A DNA stretch of 64,000 nucleotides. It comes from Piromyces finnis finn (taxonomy: Eukaryota; Fungi; Neocallimastigomycota). Positions within the stretch are counted from its first letter, which is position 1. Every line of letters starts with the position of its first letter. The stretch is taken from assembly GCA_002104945.1 (NCBI GenBank), contig MCFH01000052.1, positions 248,001 through 312,000 on the forward strand. Reading direction: 5' to 3'. Made by a program: the position numbers and the translations under genes. Below, one piece after another: positions 39,251 to 50,006 of the stretch. The notes below the pieces were generated by a model. The model saw only the letters and a program-made list of their open reading frames with translations, had not been told where the DNA came from and did not search any database.

Positions 39251-39305
39251 TTGTCTTAATGGTTAGTATTTAAGACATTAATCTGGATCACTCGGGTTCG
39301 ACTCA
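39251..39305 (+). promoter_or_regulatory. tRNA-like A-box/B-box module in Gypsy-3 U3 (also in the 3' LTR)
   Basis: TTGTCTTAATGG...GGTTCGACTCA with tRNA-like spacing. Confidence 0.5.
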
Positions 39306-39772
39306 CACCTTGATCCGAAATCTATTTTAGATTATTTATTTAACAATTTAATTTACGACTCATAGAAACTTATAGAACTTATTCGAAAAAGAATAAGTTC
39401 GAATATTCGAAAAATCAAATATTTTTTGTAATTTTATCACGGGATTCATCTTATGCAATTTTTAATTAATTTAAAGAACAATCTAGAAAGATAATTAAAA
39501 TTTTTGATTTAGCCACATCAGATTTAGAAAAAGTATAAATAGAAGTGGTTTGAATCGAAAATTAAAAAAATTGTGTTTTTATTAACTATTAACTTTTAAC
39601 TTTTAAATTTTAAAAAAAAAAAAAAATATTTATTATTAAAAAATAATTTAAATAGAAAATAATTAAAAATTTTAATAAATAAAATTAATTGACTTATTGG
39701 GATCAAAATTATTATCTATATAAAGTTTATTAATTACCACATTATTAAATACTTATATAGATACGCGTTACA

Positions 39773-39782
39773 ATAAAAACAC
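39773..39782 (+). promoter_or_regulatory. Gypsy-3 PBS ATAAAAACAC (self-priming type)
   Basis: Complementary to GTGTTTTTAT at 39573-39582, which lies 39 nt after TATAAATA (39534). Confidence 0.75.
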
Positions 39783-40094
39783 CAGTTGTAACATATTCCC
39801 TTTACCTTAATTAATTTGTTTATTTTTCCTACCTGTTATAGTGTCTACCCTTGGTTTAAATATCCACTTGTATATTAGTATCTACCTGACTTTTGTATTT
39901 TTCTGTTTTGCTACTTTAGATACTACTTCTGTTTACTCCTTTATTTTTTCTCTAGGCAATAGACACTACCTTTGTATATTGTTTTACAACTCTTTTGGAC
40001 TCTTTTGGACTCTTTTGGACTCTTTTGGACTCTCTTGGATATATTATACGATTAAATTGAATTAAAATTAGATATTTTCAATAAAATAAAGAAT

Positions 40095-43000
40095 ATGGAT
40101 GAAGAATTGATGAACCATGCTACGTTGAAGGATGGTTTCGCTGGAAATCGTCGTTTCTTTAAGGGTTTTCTCGCCAAAATAGAATTAATCTTTATGGTCT
40201 ACCCAGAGCGCTACGCGGATGACGAAGCAAAAATCGTCTATATTATTTCAAGACTATATGGTGAAGCCTTGAATTGGGCTGCATCATTAATTCACAACCA
40301 TGACGAATGCCTATTAAATTATGACTCATTTGTTGCAAAGCTTAAATCTGTGTTTGGCAACAACGACTCAACATTTGTGGCTAATCAAAAGCTTCGAACT
40401 ATAAAGCAAAGGAAAATCGGAGAAATTCAAAAATATATTCTTGAATTTAACCGATACTCTGATGACTCCTCTTGGAACGAAAGTGCAAAAATGGACGCCT
40501 TCTTAGCTGGACTACAAGATCAAGTCGCCAATAGAATTTTAGAAATGTTTCCCGGTCCACAAACGCTACTAAATTTACAAGTTATAGCATCAAGAATCGA
40601 TTCTAGAATCGATACTAATAGAAGATTTTTCAACAACAATCACTCTAATAGCACCAATCAAAACCGAAGAACTGAAGCAAATAGAAAACCTTTCACTTCG
40701 AGAAATAAGAAAACTTACGGACCGCTTACCTCAGAAGAAAAGGCTAGAAGAATTAAGGAGAATCTCTGTTTATATTGTGGTTCTCCAGATCACAAGTTAA
40801 ACAACTGTCCAAAAAGAAGTAAAAATGAAAAAACAGCTGGGACTCATATTTCTAATTCTATGCCTGAAAAGAAACCTAGAATAAGATTCTCCGATAATCC
40901 CCATTTGAAACAACCAGTTTTTGAGTTCCAACTCAATACTTCCGACGTCTCCGTTAACACTAAACTACTAATTGATTCAGGATCCCAACTTAACCTAATA
41001 GATGTGGTCTTTGCAGAAGAAAACAACATTCCTTTTGATAAATCCGTCTCTCTCGACAAAATCTCTGGTATTGGTGGGGAACAACAAGTCTTAGGTAAAT
41101 CCATCCCAATTTCAATTAAATACAAAAACCACCAATGTAAAACTATATTTTATATTGTAGACCTCCCGGGATATTGTGGTATCTTAGGTGCTGAATGGTT
41201 ACATCAGCACAACCCTATTATTAACTTCGTTGAAAAAGAATTATCTTTTAATTCAAATTTCTGTTTGTCACATTGCTCTGTCATTCCAAATGTTGCCCCT
41301 ACTTATGTTATTTCTTCTATTTCTAATGATTCCAAACCTTCTTGTAGCACTTCAACCAATTCTTATATCCATGATTCTGTAACAAATCTTCCAAAAAGTC
41401 AAGATTCCACCACTAACACTTCTAGTAATCAAGAAGTTATTCTACCCGCTGAACTTCAAGCCTTTGAAGATGTATTTAATGAAAAAGCCGCTGAACAATT
41501 GCCGCCACATAGGCAATACGATTGTGAAATCCGTCTTAAGCCGGACTCCAAACTTTTCTATGGACCAATTTATCCTTTAACGGATAAAGAATCAATGGTA
41601 TTGAAGGAATACATTGATGAAAATTTGCGAAAAGGTTTCATCAGACCTTCGAAGTCTCCGGCTGGTGCCCCAGTGCTTTTTGTCCCGAAGAAAAATGGTG
41701 AACTACGTCTATGTCAAGATTATAGGAAATTAAACGAAATCACAATCCGTGATTCATACCCTTTACCATTAATTAATGACATGTTGGAACATCTAGGTAA
41801 AAGCAACATCTTCTCCAAACTTGATTTAAGATCCGCTTATAATCTTGTGAGGATCAAAGAAGGTGATGAATTCAAAACTGCTTTTACTTGCAAATATGGA
41901 CACTTTGAATATACTGTAATGCCGTTTGGTTTGAAAAACGCACCTGCAGTATTTCAACATTTCATTAATGATGTGCTTGAGGGAATCTTGGGAATATTTG
42001 TCTTTAGTTATATTGATGACTTAATAATTTTCTCGGAAAATTTTAAAACCCATGTAATCCAGGTTAAAGAAGTACTTAAAAGACTTAGAAAAGCGGGACT
42101 TTACGCAAAACTTGAAAAATGTGAGTTCTTTGTCCCATTTATCGATTTCTTAGGTCATCGTATATCTTCTGAAGGTATTTTAATGGATCCAAAGAAAATT
42201 GCATCTATCTTGGAATGGCCAACTCCTAAAAGCGTTAAAGAGGTTCAAGCGTTTCTTGGGTTAGCTAATTATTATAGAAGATTCATTGCCGGTTTTGCTG
42301 AGATCGCACAACCACTGAATGCGTTACTTAAGAAGGATGTTAAATTCTGCTTCTCTCATCAGTGTGAAAATTCTTTTAGTTTAATCAAATCCAAATTTGC
42401 TTCTTCCCCTGTTCTTGCATACCCGAATCGTGATATACCTTTCATAGTTGAAACGGATGCAAGTAATTTCGCTATAGGAGCAATCCTTTCACAAACGAAT
42501 CCAAAAGACAAGTCGGTTCATCCAGTGGCATTTTTCTCTAGATCGCTTAGTTCTTCTGAAAGGAACTATCCGATCTACGATAAAGAACTTTTAGCAATTG
42601 TAGCTGCTTTAGAAACTTGGCGACATCTACTCAAAGGAACTACTCAGCCTTTCAAGATTTTCTCGGATCATAGAAATTTGCTCTACCAGAAGAAACCCGA
42701 AAAAATGACTCAAAGATTAGTTCGTTGGTCTCTGTTCCTTGCCGAGTTTAACTTTATCATCGTTTATCGGTCGGGTTCTGCTAATGGTAAACCTGACGCT
42801 TTATCTAGAAGACCAGATTACTTAAAAAATTTTAAGTATAACAATGACATTCCAAATTCCGTCCTTAGACCCGAAAACTTTTGTGCCATGGTTCTGGATA
42901 ACAATCCCCTTATGGATAAAATCATTTCAAATAGCAAAGATGATAAATTTTACTTTGAAGTATGCAAATATTTAGAAACTCAAATTCCCCCAGTCCCTCA

Positions 43001-44324
43001 TTCGCAAATCGAAAACTTTAAAATTCAAGATGGTGTATTATTATTCAATAATAGGATCTATGTCCCCCAAGATTGTCGTTTGGAAGTTCTTAAAATTTGC
43101 CATGACTCACCCTCCGCTGGACACTTCGGATTAAAGAAAACTACTTCCCTTATTGTTCGTGACTTTTGGTGGCCTTATCTCGATGTCAAAGAATATGTTA
43201 GATCTTGCGAAATATGTTGCCGATCAAAGGATTCTCGACACAAACCCTATGGATTTCTCTCCCCTTTGGAAATTGCTGAACGTCCTTGGTCTTCCTTATC
43301 TATGGACTTTATTACGGATCTCCCACCTTCCCAAAAGTATACTTGCATTCTTGTAGTCACCGATAGATTAACTAAATTATGCCACTTCATTCCTTTTGAG
43401 AACATCCCTTCTGCCTCCGATACTGCTGATGCTTTCATGATCAACGTTTTTCGTCTCCATGGATTACCAAATGAAATTCTTTCGGATAGAGGTACTCAAT
43501 TTACCTCTAAATTCTGGAATTCAATTTGCAAATCTTTTGATATAAACCTAAAATTTTCTTCTTCCTACCATCACCAAACAAACGGGCTGACGGAGAGGGT
43601 AAACTCCGTTGTAGAACAATACCTAAGGTGTTACTCAAATTATAAAGGCTCTAACTGGTACAAGTTCTTACATCTTACTGAATTTAGTTACAATAATGCC
43701 GTTCAAGAATCTACCAAAACTTCACCATTTTTTGCTAACTATGGCTATAATCCAAAACATTCTCCAATTTTACCAAGTCGTACCGAGATACCAACTGCGG
43801 ATGAATTCACAAGAAATTTCAAAGAAATAATTAAAACTCTTAAAGATAACTTGAAGAAATCCATTAATCAACAAGAAAAATTCGCAAACAAACACAGAAG
43901 TAAAGCCCCTGAACTCAAGGTAAATGATAAAGTATGGATCAACAGTTCTTTAATAATGCGTAATGGTAATAAGAAGTTAAAACCTAGAAAACTTGGTCCG
44001 TACAAAATAATTGAAAAAATTTCTCCAGTTTCTTTCAAATTGGAGTTACCAAAAGAAATTCGCATTCATCCAGTCATCCACGTTTCAGAATTGGAACCCT
44101 ACCATGAAGACAAGTTCAATAGAAAGCAACCGCCACCTCCGCCGGTTATTGTGGATAATAAGGAAGAATTTGAAGTCGAAGAGATATTGGATAAAAGAAG
44201 ATATTATGGTAAAGTCCAATATCTAATTAAATGGAAAGGATACCCAATATCTGAAGCATCTTGGGAGCCAGAAACAAATTTGAATTGTCCAGAACTACTT
44301 AAGGAATTCAACAAAAAGAAATGA
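40095..44324 (+). CDS. gag-pol: Gypsy-3 Gag-Pol polyprotein with C-terminal chromodomain (1409 aa)
   Basis: Single ORF: [24 protein letters not shown], RNase H, HDSPSAGH...CEIC, MDF/SDRG/TER integrase triad, [13 protein letters not shown]...YLIKWKGY...SWEPE. Confidence 0.98.
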   Translation: MDEELMNHATLKDGFAGNRRFFKGFLAKIELIFMVYPERYADDEAKIVYIISRLYGEALNWAASLIHNHDECLLNYDSFVAKLKSVFGNNDSTFVANQKLRTIKQRKIGEIQKYILEFNRYSDDSSWNESAKMDAFLAGLQDQVANRILEMFPGPQTLLNLQVIASRIDSRIDTNRRFFNNNHSNSTNQNRRTEANRKPFTSRNKKTYGPLTSEEKARRIKENLCLYCGSPDHKLNNCPKRSKNEKTAGTHISNSMPEKKPRIRFSDNPHLKQPVFEFQLNTSDVSVNTKLLIDSGSQLNLIDVVFAEENNIPFDKSVSLDKISGIGGEQQVLGKSIPISIKYKNHQCKTIFYIVDLPGYCGILGAEWLHQHNPIINFVEKELSFNSNFCLSHCSVIPNVAPTYVISSISNDSKPSCSTSTNSYIHDSVTNLPKSQDSTTNTSSNQEVILPAELQAFEDVFNEKAAEQLPPHRQYDCEIRLKPDSKLFYGPIYPLTDKESMVLKEYIDENLRKGFIRPSKSPAGAPVLFVPKKNGELRLCQDYRKLNEITIRDSYPLPLINDMLEHLGKSNIFSKLDLRSAYNLVRIKEGDEFKTAFTCKYGHFEYTVMPFGLKNAPAVFQHFINDVLEGILGIFVFSYIDDLIIFSENFKTHVIQVKEVLKRLRKAGLYAKLEKCEFFVPFIDFLGHRISSEGILMDPKKIASILEWPTPKSVKEVQAFLGLANYYRRFIAGFAEIAQPLNALLKKDVKFCFSHQCENSFSLIKSKFASSPVLAYPNRDIPFIVETDASNFAIGAILSQTNPKDKSVHPVAFFSRSLSSSERNYPIYDKELLAIVAALETWRHLLKGTTQPFKIFSDHRNLLYQKKPEKMTQRLVRWSLFLAEFNFIIVYRSGSANGKPDALSRRPDYLKNFKYNNDIPNSVLRPENFCAMVLDNNPLMDKIISNSKDDKFYFEVCKYLETQIPPVPHSQIENFKIQDGVLLFNNRIYVPQDCRLEVLKICHDSPSAGHFGLKKTTSLIVRDFWWPYLDVKEYVRSCEICCRSKDSRHKPYGFLSPLEIAERPWSSLSMDFITDLPPSQKYTCILVVTDRLTKLCHFIPFENIPSASDTADAFMINVFRLHGLPNEILSDRGTQFTSKFWNSICKSFDINLKFSSSYHHQTNGLTERVNSVVEQYLRCYSNYKGSNWYKFLHLTEFSYNNAVQESTKTSPFFANYGYNPKHSPILPSRTEIPTADEFTRNFKEIIKTLKDNLKKSINQQEKFANKHRSKAPELKVNDKVWINSSLIMRNGNKKLKPRKLGPYKIIEKISPVSFKLELPKEIRIHPVIHVSELEPYHEDKFNRKQPPPPPVIVDNKEEFEVEEILDKRRYYGKVQYLIKWKGYPISEASWEPETNLNCPELLKEFNKKK

Positions 44325-45077
44325 TTTCAACAGAAACTTTATTTTTAATTTATTTTTAATTTTAATTTAAAAAAAAAAAATAACTTCTTTAAATTTTCTT
44401 AAATTATTATTGTAATAAAACATAAAATGAATCCAAAGATTCGTCTGGTATCCGAATCCTGGAGGAAGACCATGTAACGAATCTATTAGATAATTAATAT
44501 TGTCTTAATGGTTAGTATTTAAGACATTAATCTGGATCACTCGGGTTCGACTCACACCTTGATCCGAAATCTATTTTAGATTATTTATTTAACAATTTAA
44601 TTTACGACTCATAGAAACTTATAGAACTTATTCGAAAAAGAATAAGTTCGAATATTCGAAAAATCAAATATTTTTTGTAATTTTATCACGGGATTCATCT
44701 TATGCAATTTTTAATTAATTTAAAGAACAATCTAGAAAGATAATTAAAATTTTTGATTTAGCCACATCAGATTTAGAAAAAGTATAAATAGAAGTGGTTT
44801 GAATCGAAAATTAAAAAAATTGTGTTTTTATTAACTATTAACTTTTAACTTTTAAATTTTAAAAAAAAAAAAAAAAAATATTTATTATTAAAAAATAATT
44901 TAAATAGAAAATAATTAAAAATTTTAATAAATAAAATTAATTGACTTATTGGGATCAAAATTATTATCTATATAAAGTTTATTAATTACCACATTATTAA
45001 ATACTTATATAGATACGCGTTACAGTCAGAATGTTTTGATATAATACAACTTAATCTAAAATAAAATATTAAACTTG

Positions 45078-46233
45078 TGTATTACAGAAAAAGAAAATGA
45101 GACATAATTTATTTATTAATAATTAAAGTTTGAAACAAAATAAATTATTAATTTGTTTTTAATGTTTTACAAATAAATTAAATTTCTCAATTTAATTTCT
45201 TAGTTTTAGTATTGTTTTTGATAGAAAAAGATGAATAATATATAAATAATAAATGATTAATATATAAATAATACATGGGCACATATTCAAATTAAATAGT
45301 ATTTGATTTGAATTGTCTATTTAATTTTACTAAAATAATTATAGTTTAAATATTTTATTAATAATTAAGATTTTAGTGTAGGTTTTAAATAATAATATAT
45401 TTTAAATAAATAGTTATAATATAATATAAATATATTTAGGAAAAATATAAATATGTAAAGTCAGACACTAAACTGAATAGATTAGGATATCTAACCTATT
45501 ACAATAACAACACAAAATAAATATGTTTTATAAAGAATAGTTTATTTTTTATTAATTTATTGTATAAAATTGTTAATAACAATTACATCGATAAAATGAT
45601 AAAAAATATCTTCTATTTATATTTTTCCTAAATACATTTATATTATATTATAACTATTTATTTCATATATATTATTATTTAAAATCTACACTAAAATCTT
45701 AATTATTAATAAATATTTAAACTATAACTATTTTTAGTAAAATTCAATTGGCAATTCAAATTAAGTACTATTCAATTTGAATATGTGCCCATGTATTATT
45801 AATATATTAATCATTTATTATTTATATATTAGTTATCTATTTCTATGAAAAACAATACTAAAACTGGATTTAAATTGAGAATTTTAATTTACTTGTTAAA
45901 CATTAAAAATAAATTAATAATTTATTTTGTTTTAAACTTTAATTATTAATAAATAAATTATGTCTCATTTTCTTTTTCTGTAATATAATTTGTGTAATTT
46001 AAACAATAATACTTGTGGCTTAAGTTACATTAAAGATATCAAGTTGAGGTGTTTGATATCTTTACAAAATAGAAGATATTTTTCATCATTTTATCAATGT
46101 AATTGTTATTAATAAAATTTCTATTATAATAAAAGATATTTTTTAATAAAACAATTTTTATTTTTTATTTTAAATTTAGTGTTATTGTAATAGAATAGAT
46201 ATCATAATCTATTCTTTCTGTGTCGCCATTACA
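45078..46233. mobile_element. LTR-like insert F (1156 bp) with long internal inverted repeats
   Basis: TGTATT...ATTACA, TSD ACTTG; removing it restores the LTR-C sequence. Confidence 0.8.
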
Positions 46234-47387
46234 ACTTGTTTATTATTAACCTTTTCTTTAAAATTTATTAAAGAATTTTAAATAATACTAATTTAAAAAT
46301 TAAATAGATTTTTATATTTAAAATAAAAATTTTAATATAATTTAATTATGAAATTTATTTATTAATTATTTATTTATTAAGATAATATTTAATAAGTTAT
46401 ATTATAGTTAATAATTAATTAATAATCTTACAAAGAATTTCAAAAATGATTTTAATTCTTTGTTTAAATACTTTTTCTTACATATAATAAATTTACATTG
46501 ATATTAATATTGATATTAATAAAGATAAAAATAAAATAATTTTAAATTAAAATATTAATAATTGATATTGATATTAATATGAATTCATATGATAGATCTT
46601 AAGATTAATCTTTTAAATTACTTTTAAAATAAAAGTATTGTTTTAACCATTTTAAATTGTAAATATTTAATATTATAAATTGAGAATAACAATTGCTGAT
46701 ACTAATTATATATTCTCATGATTAATTAATTAATAATTATAACTAATGATTTTTGATCCAAAGGCTTTTTGGTTTGATTATGATTGAGGTTATTAATCAA
46801 AAATTATTTGAAAAATTATTAATTAATTTTTATAATTGATTAGATTTGAAATCAAGAATACTTATTATCTAACTTTATTTAATAATAATGGAGAATTTTT
46901 AAATTGAATTATTTATAGAAAGTTAGATGACTTGAATAATGACTTTAACTATATAAATTAATATTGATCATTTTAATATATATTATATATTTATTGGAAC
47001 TAATTAATTATTTAAATAGCTATATCTCAAAAACTAGTGGTCTAAATTAGCTGAAAATTTGTGAGAATATAGATCTCGACTAGTACTTTCTATTAAAGTT
47101 GATTTGAGATTCAGAAGTTATCACTAGTTTCGTATAATGTATTTTTTTCTCAAGGGTTAATTTATTGAAAATTAAATTTTTGTGATCCTTAACCCTTTTC
47201 AATATTAAATTTTTTCAAGTGATCTTTTAATTATTTTTAAAAGTATTTTATAATTTTTGAAATATAAATTTGATTTTTAAATTATTTATTTGAATATTTA
47301 ATTTATTTATAATCGTCTTCTATTCTTGACATTGTATATAATAATTATTATTATATAATATATATAATAATAATTATTACACAAAAT

Positions 47388-47765
47388 TGACACACGTTCA
47401 AATATACCTTAATTCTAAATTGAATGATTTATTTTTACTTGCTCATTCTACAAGTTTATATAATTATTAAATATAATTTAAAGTTTTAAAAACACATCTT
47501 GTTTTATAATATTAGTTTATTTATTTAAAATAAATGTATAATACATCTCGCTATGTATTATAAAAAAAAATATATTAATTTATTATAATTTTAAAATATT
47601 CTAATTTTCCTGACTAATTAGTAACAATCTTTAAAAATAATATTTTCTATTTCTATTTATAATAAATAATTATTATTTACTATTATTTTAATTTATATTA
47701 AGTTTATATAATTTTAAAATCAGCTATTCTATTAATTCATTATTTATGAATTTCATTCTTTATCA
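47388..47765 (-). mobile_element. LTR-G2 copy 2 (empty CTATT site, partly deleted)
   Basis: Collinear with 30156-31620 minus LTR-A. Confidence 0.65.
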
Positions 47766-48828
47766 AAATGATGCGTTGACCGATATATTTTTGAATAATA
47801 TATGTTTTTTAATAAATAATAAATTCTATATTATTATGATGAAACAATAAATTTAAAATAAAATAAAATATATTTTATAATTAACAAATAAATCACTCAA
47901 AACTCGAAAATAAACTCTTATTATGTTTTAAATTAAATCTTTATTATATTTTATTATCTATTTATTATCTATTTATTGTCTTTTTATTCTCTATTTATTG
48001 TCCCCTTTTTATGAAGAAGAATTTTATCTTCCTTTTATACATTTTCATTTATTACATGTATTATTATTTTTAACTATTAAATATTATTATTACTATTGTT
48101 ATTATTTATTAAAATTAAAAGAATAAATTAAAATTATGTCTTAGTATTATAAAATATTATAGAATATTACTTATTTGATTTTCTTATTACTTCAAAATGT
48201 TTAAATTTAGAAAAATTATTATAAATTATCATTGACTATCATTAAATGTATAATACCTTGAATAAAATAATTAAAATTTAAAATTAAAATAAAATTAAAA
48301 TAAAATTAAAATAAAATTAAAATAAAAATATAACAAAATTAAAATATTAAAAGTATCAATTATTATTAGCACACATTTTATACAGAAACATAAAAGAGTT
48401 CTGTATTTTATCTTTGGAATTGTTATTATTGTTCTATTTTCAGGTTTTAAGTTTATCATTTTAGTAATAATTACTCAATTAGTTATTTATTAATTTATAA
48501 GTTTAAAAGAATTTCTAAAGAACACTTGGATAAACACTAGAATTAATAATTTAATGAATACCATTTTATTTTTAGTTTATTTATTCATTTTTATTTATTT
48601 ATTATTATTTTATTATTTTAGTACATTATTGGATTAAGTCGTTTTATTTATTTAATAATTTATTTTATTATTATCACTATTAGGTCGTTTTTACTCAGAA
48701 TTTATTATATAATAAAGAGAATATTATTTATTTAAGAAAGGGTTATATTTTCATAAAATTATTATTCATTCATTTTTAAGTATTATTATCGTTTATTTTT
48801 ATTATAAGTTACTATGGGTTAAGTCGTG

Positions 48829-49456
48829 TGTTAAGGATCTAAGATGAATTTAGGTAAGTTAGGTCAGAATGCCCTAACCCTACTTATTAATTTGATATAA
48901 ATTATGTTTTATTATCATACTTTTATTTATTAATAAATTTATTAATACATCTTATTAATCAAACATTTTATTAATTCACTAAATAGAGTTATCAAACTTA
49001 ATGATTTTTCGAAAAGTTCAATTGTTGAATTAAATTCGAGTATTTATAATTTTTAAATTAATTAATAAATAATTAATCTATTTAATAAAGTTACATTAAT
49101 TATAAAATACATGATTTCAATTTTAATATAATTAACTATTCTATAAATTAAAATATATTAAATATTTATATAATGACTTTAAGCTTATGACTTTTCTTTA
49201 TTTAATTGCTTAAGTCATCTCAATCATTTGAGGGAGGAATGACTAACTATTTCATTTATTTAAATTTCCTTCCACATCAAATGAACAAAGAGATATTATT
49301 TAAACTTTAATAAATATAAAATCTTAATAATTATAATTAATAAATATCTCTAAAAATATTGTTTAATAATGTTTTATAAAATTATTACTCCTAATTAATT
49401 AAATGAATAAAACATTATTTAAATAAATTATCATGAATCCACTAATGTTCATGATA
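48829..49456 (-). mobile_element. Solo LTR-D (628 bp)
   Basis: TGTTAAGG...CATGATA (CA mutated to TA), flanked by TCGTG/TCGTG; shares GGTCAGAATG with A and C. Confidence 0.75.
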
Positions 49457-49922
49457 TCGTGTGTTAAATTTTGGGATTTGGTTATGCGGCCAGGTCAGAA
49501 TGTTATTAATTATATAGTAAATATGTTTTTTAAGAAATTAAATTTAAATATAAAATAACACTTTAAACTTCCAAATGAAAAATTAATATTTATTTTTTAG
49601 AATAACCTTTTATAAAATTTTATTTATTTAGTAATAATAATAATAATAATATTGTGAACATTTATGGACACATAATTTTATTTATCTATATCATATATTT
49701 ATTACACACGTGACTATTTTATAAAAACATAAACATGTATTAAAAGTGTTGTAAACGTAATGTCTACGTGTTGTAGAGAAAGTTATTTTTTATTTATTTT
49801 ATTTTATTTTTTATGGTCACATGACCTTACATCTCATTATATAACTGTAATATTTACAATGTAACTTTTTCTCTTTGTTAACCTTATTAATAAAATTATT
49901 TATTAATTAAATTTATTTCACA

Positions 49923-49937
49923 GATTAAGAGTCTCAA
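49923..49937 (+). promoter_or_regulatory. Copia-1 PBS GATTAAGAGTCTCAA
   Basis: Abuts the 5' LTR; reverse complement TGAGACTCTTAATC matches the tRNA-Lys(CUU) anticodon stem-loop. Confidence 0.75.
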
Positions 49938-50006
49938 ACTCTAATCAATAATAAAAATTTCTTAAGAAAAATTTAAAACAAAATTTTGTGTATTAAAAAT
50001 TTTAAT

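Larger units (their letters stand above)
39224..45024 (+). mobile_element. Gypsy-3: intact, very recent chromovirus
   Basis: LTRs 39224-39772 and 44473-45024 appear identical except for a poly-A run (15 vs 18); TSD GTCAG; PPT GGAGGAAGACCA. Confidence 0.97.
39187..47331 (-). mobile_element. LTR-C copy 2, interrupted by Gypsy-3 and LTR-F
   Basis: Pieces 39187-39223, 45030-45077 and 46239-47331 rejoin to match 28273-29451. Confidence 0.88.
28273..48828. repeat. Tandem segmental duplication (unit 1: 28273-39186; unit 2: 39187-48828)
   Basis: Both units carry LTR-C, LTR-G2 and LTR-H up to TCGTG in the same order, with different nested inserts. Confidence 0.85.

Noticed and set aside
39841-40065. 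74-aa ORF upstream of Gypsy-3 gag
   Set aside because: GTG start within the leader, crossing a 10-bp TTTTGGACTC tandem repeat; no coding signal.
48872-48881. CCCTAACCCT as telomeric sequence
   Set aside because: Under two units, inside LTR-D.
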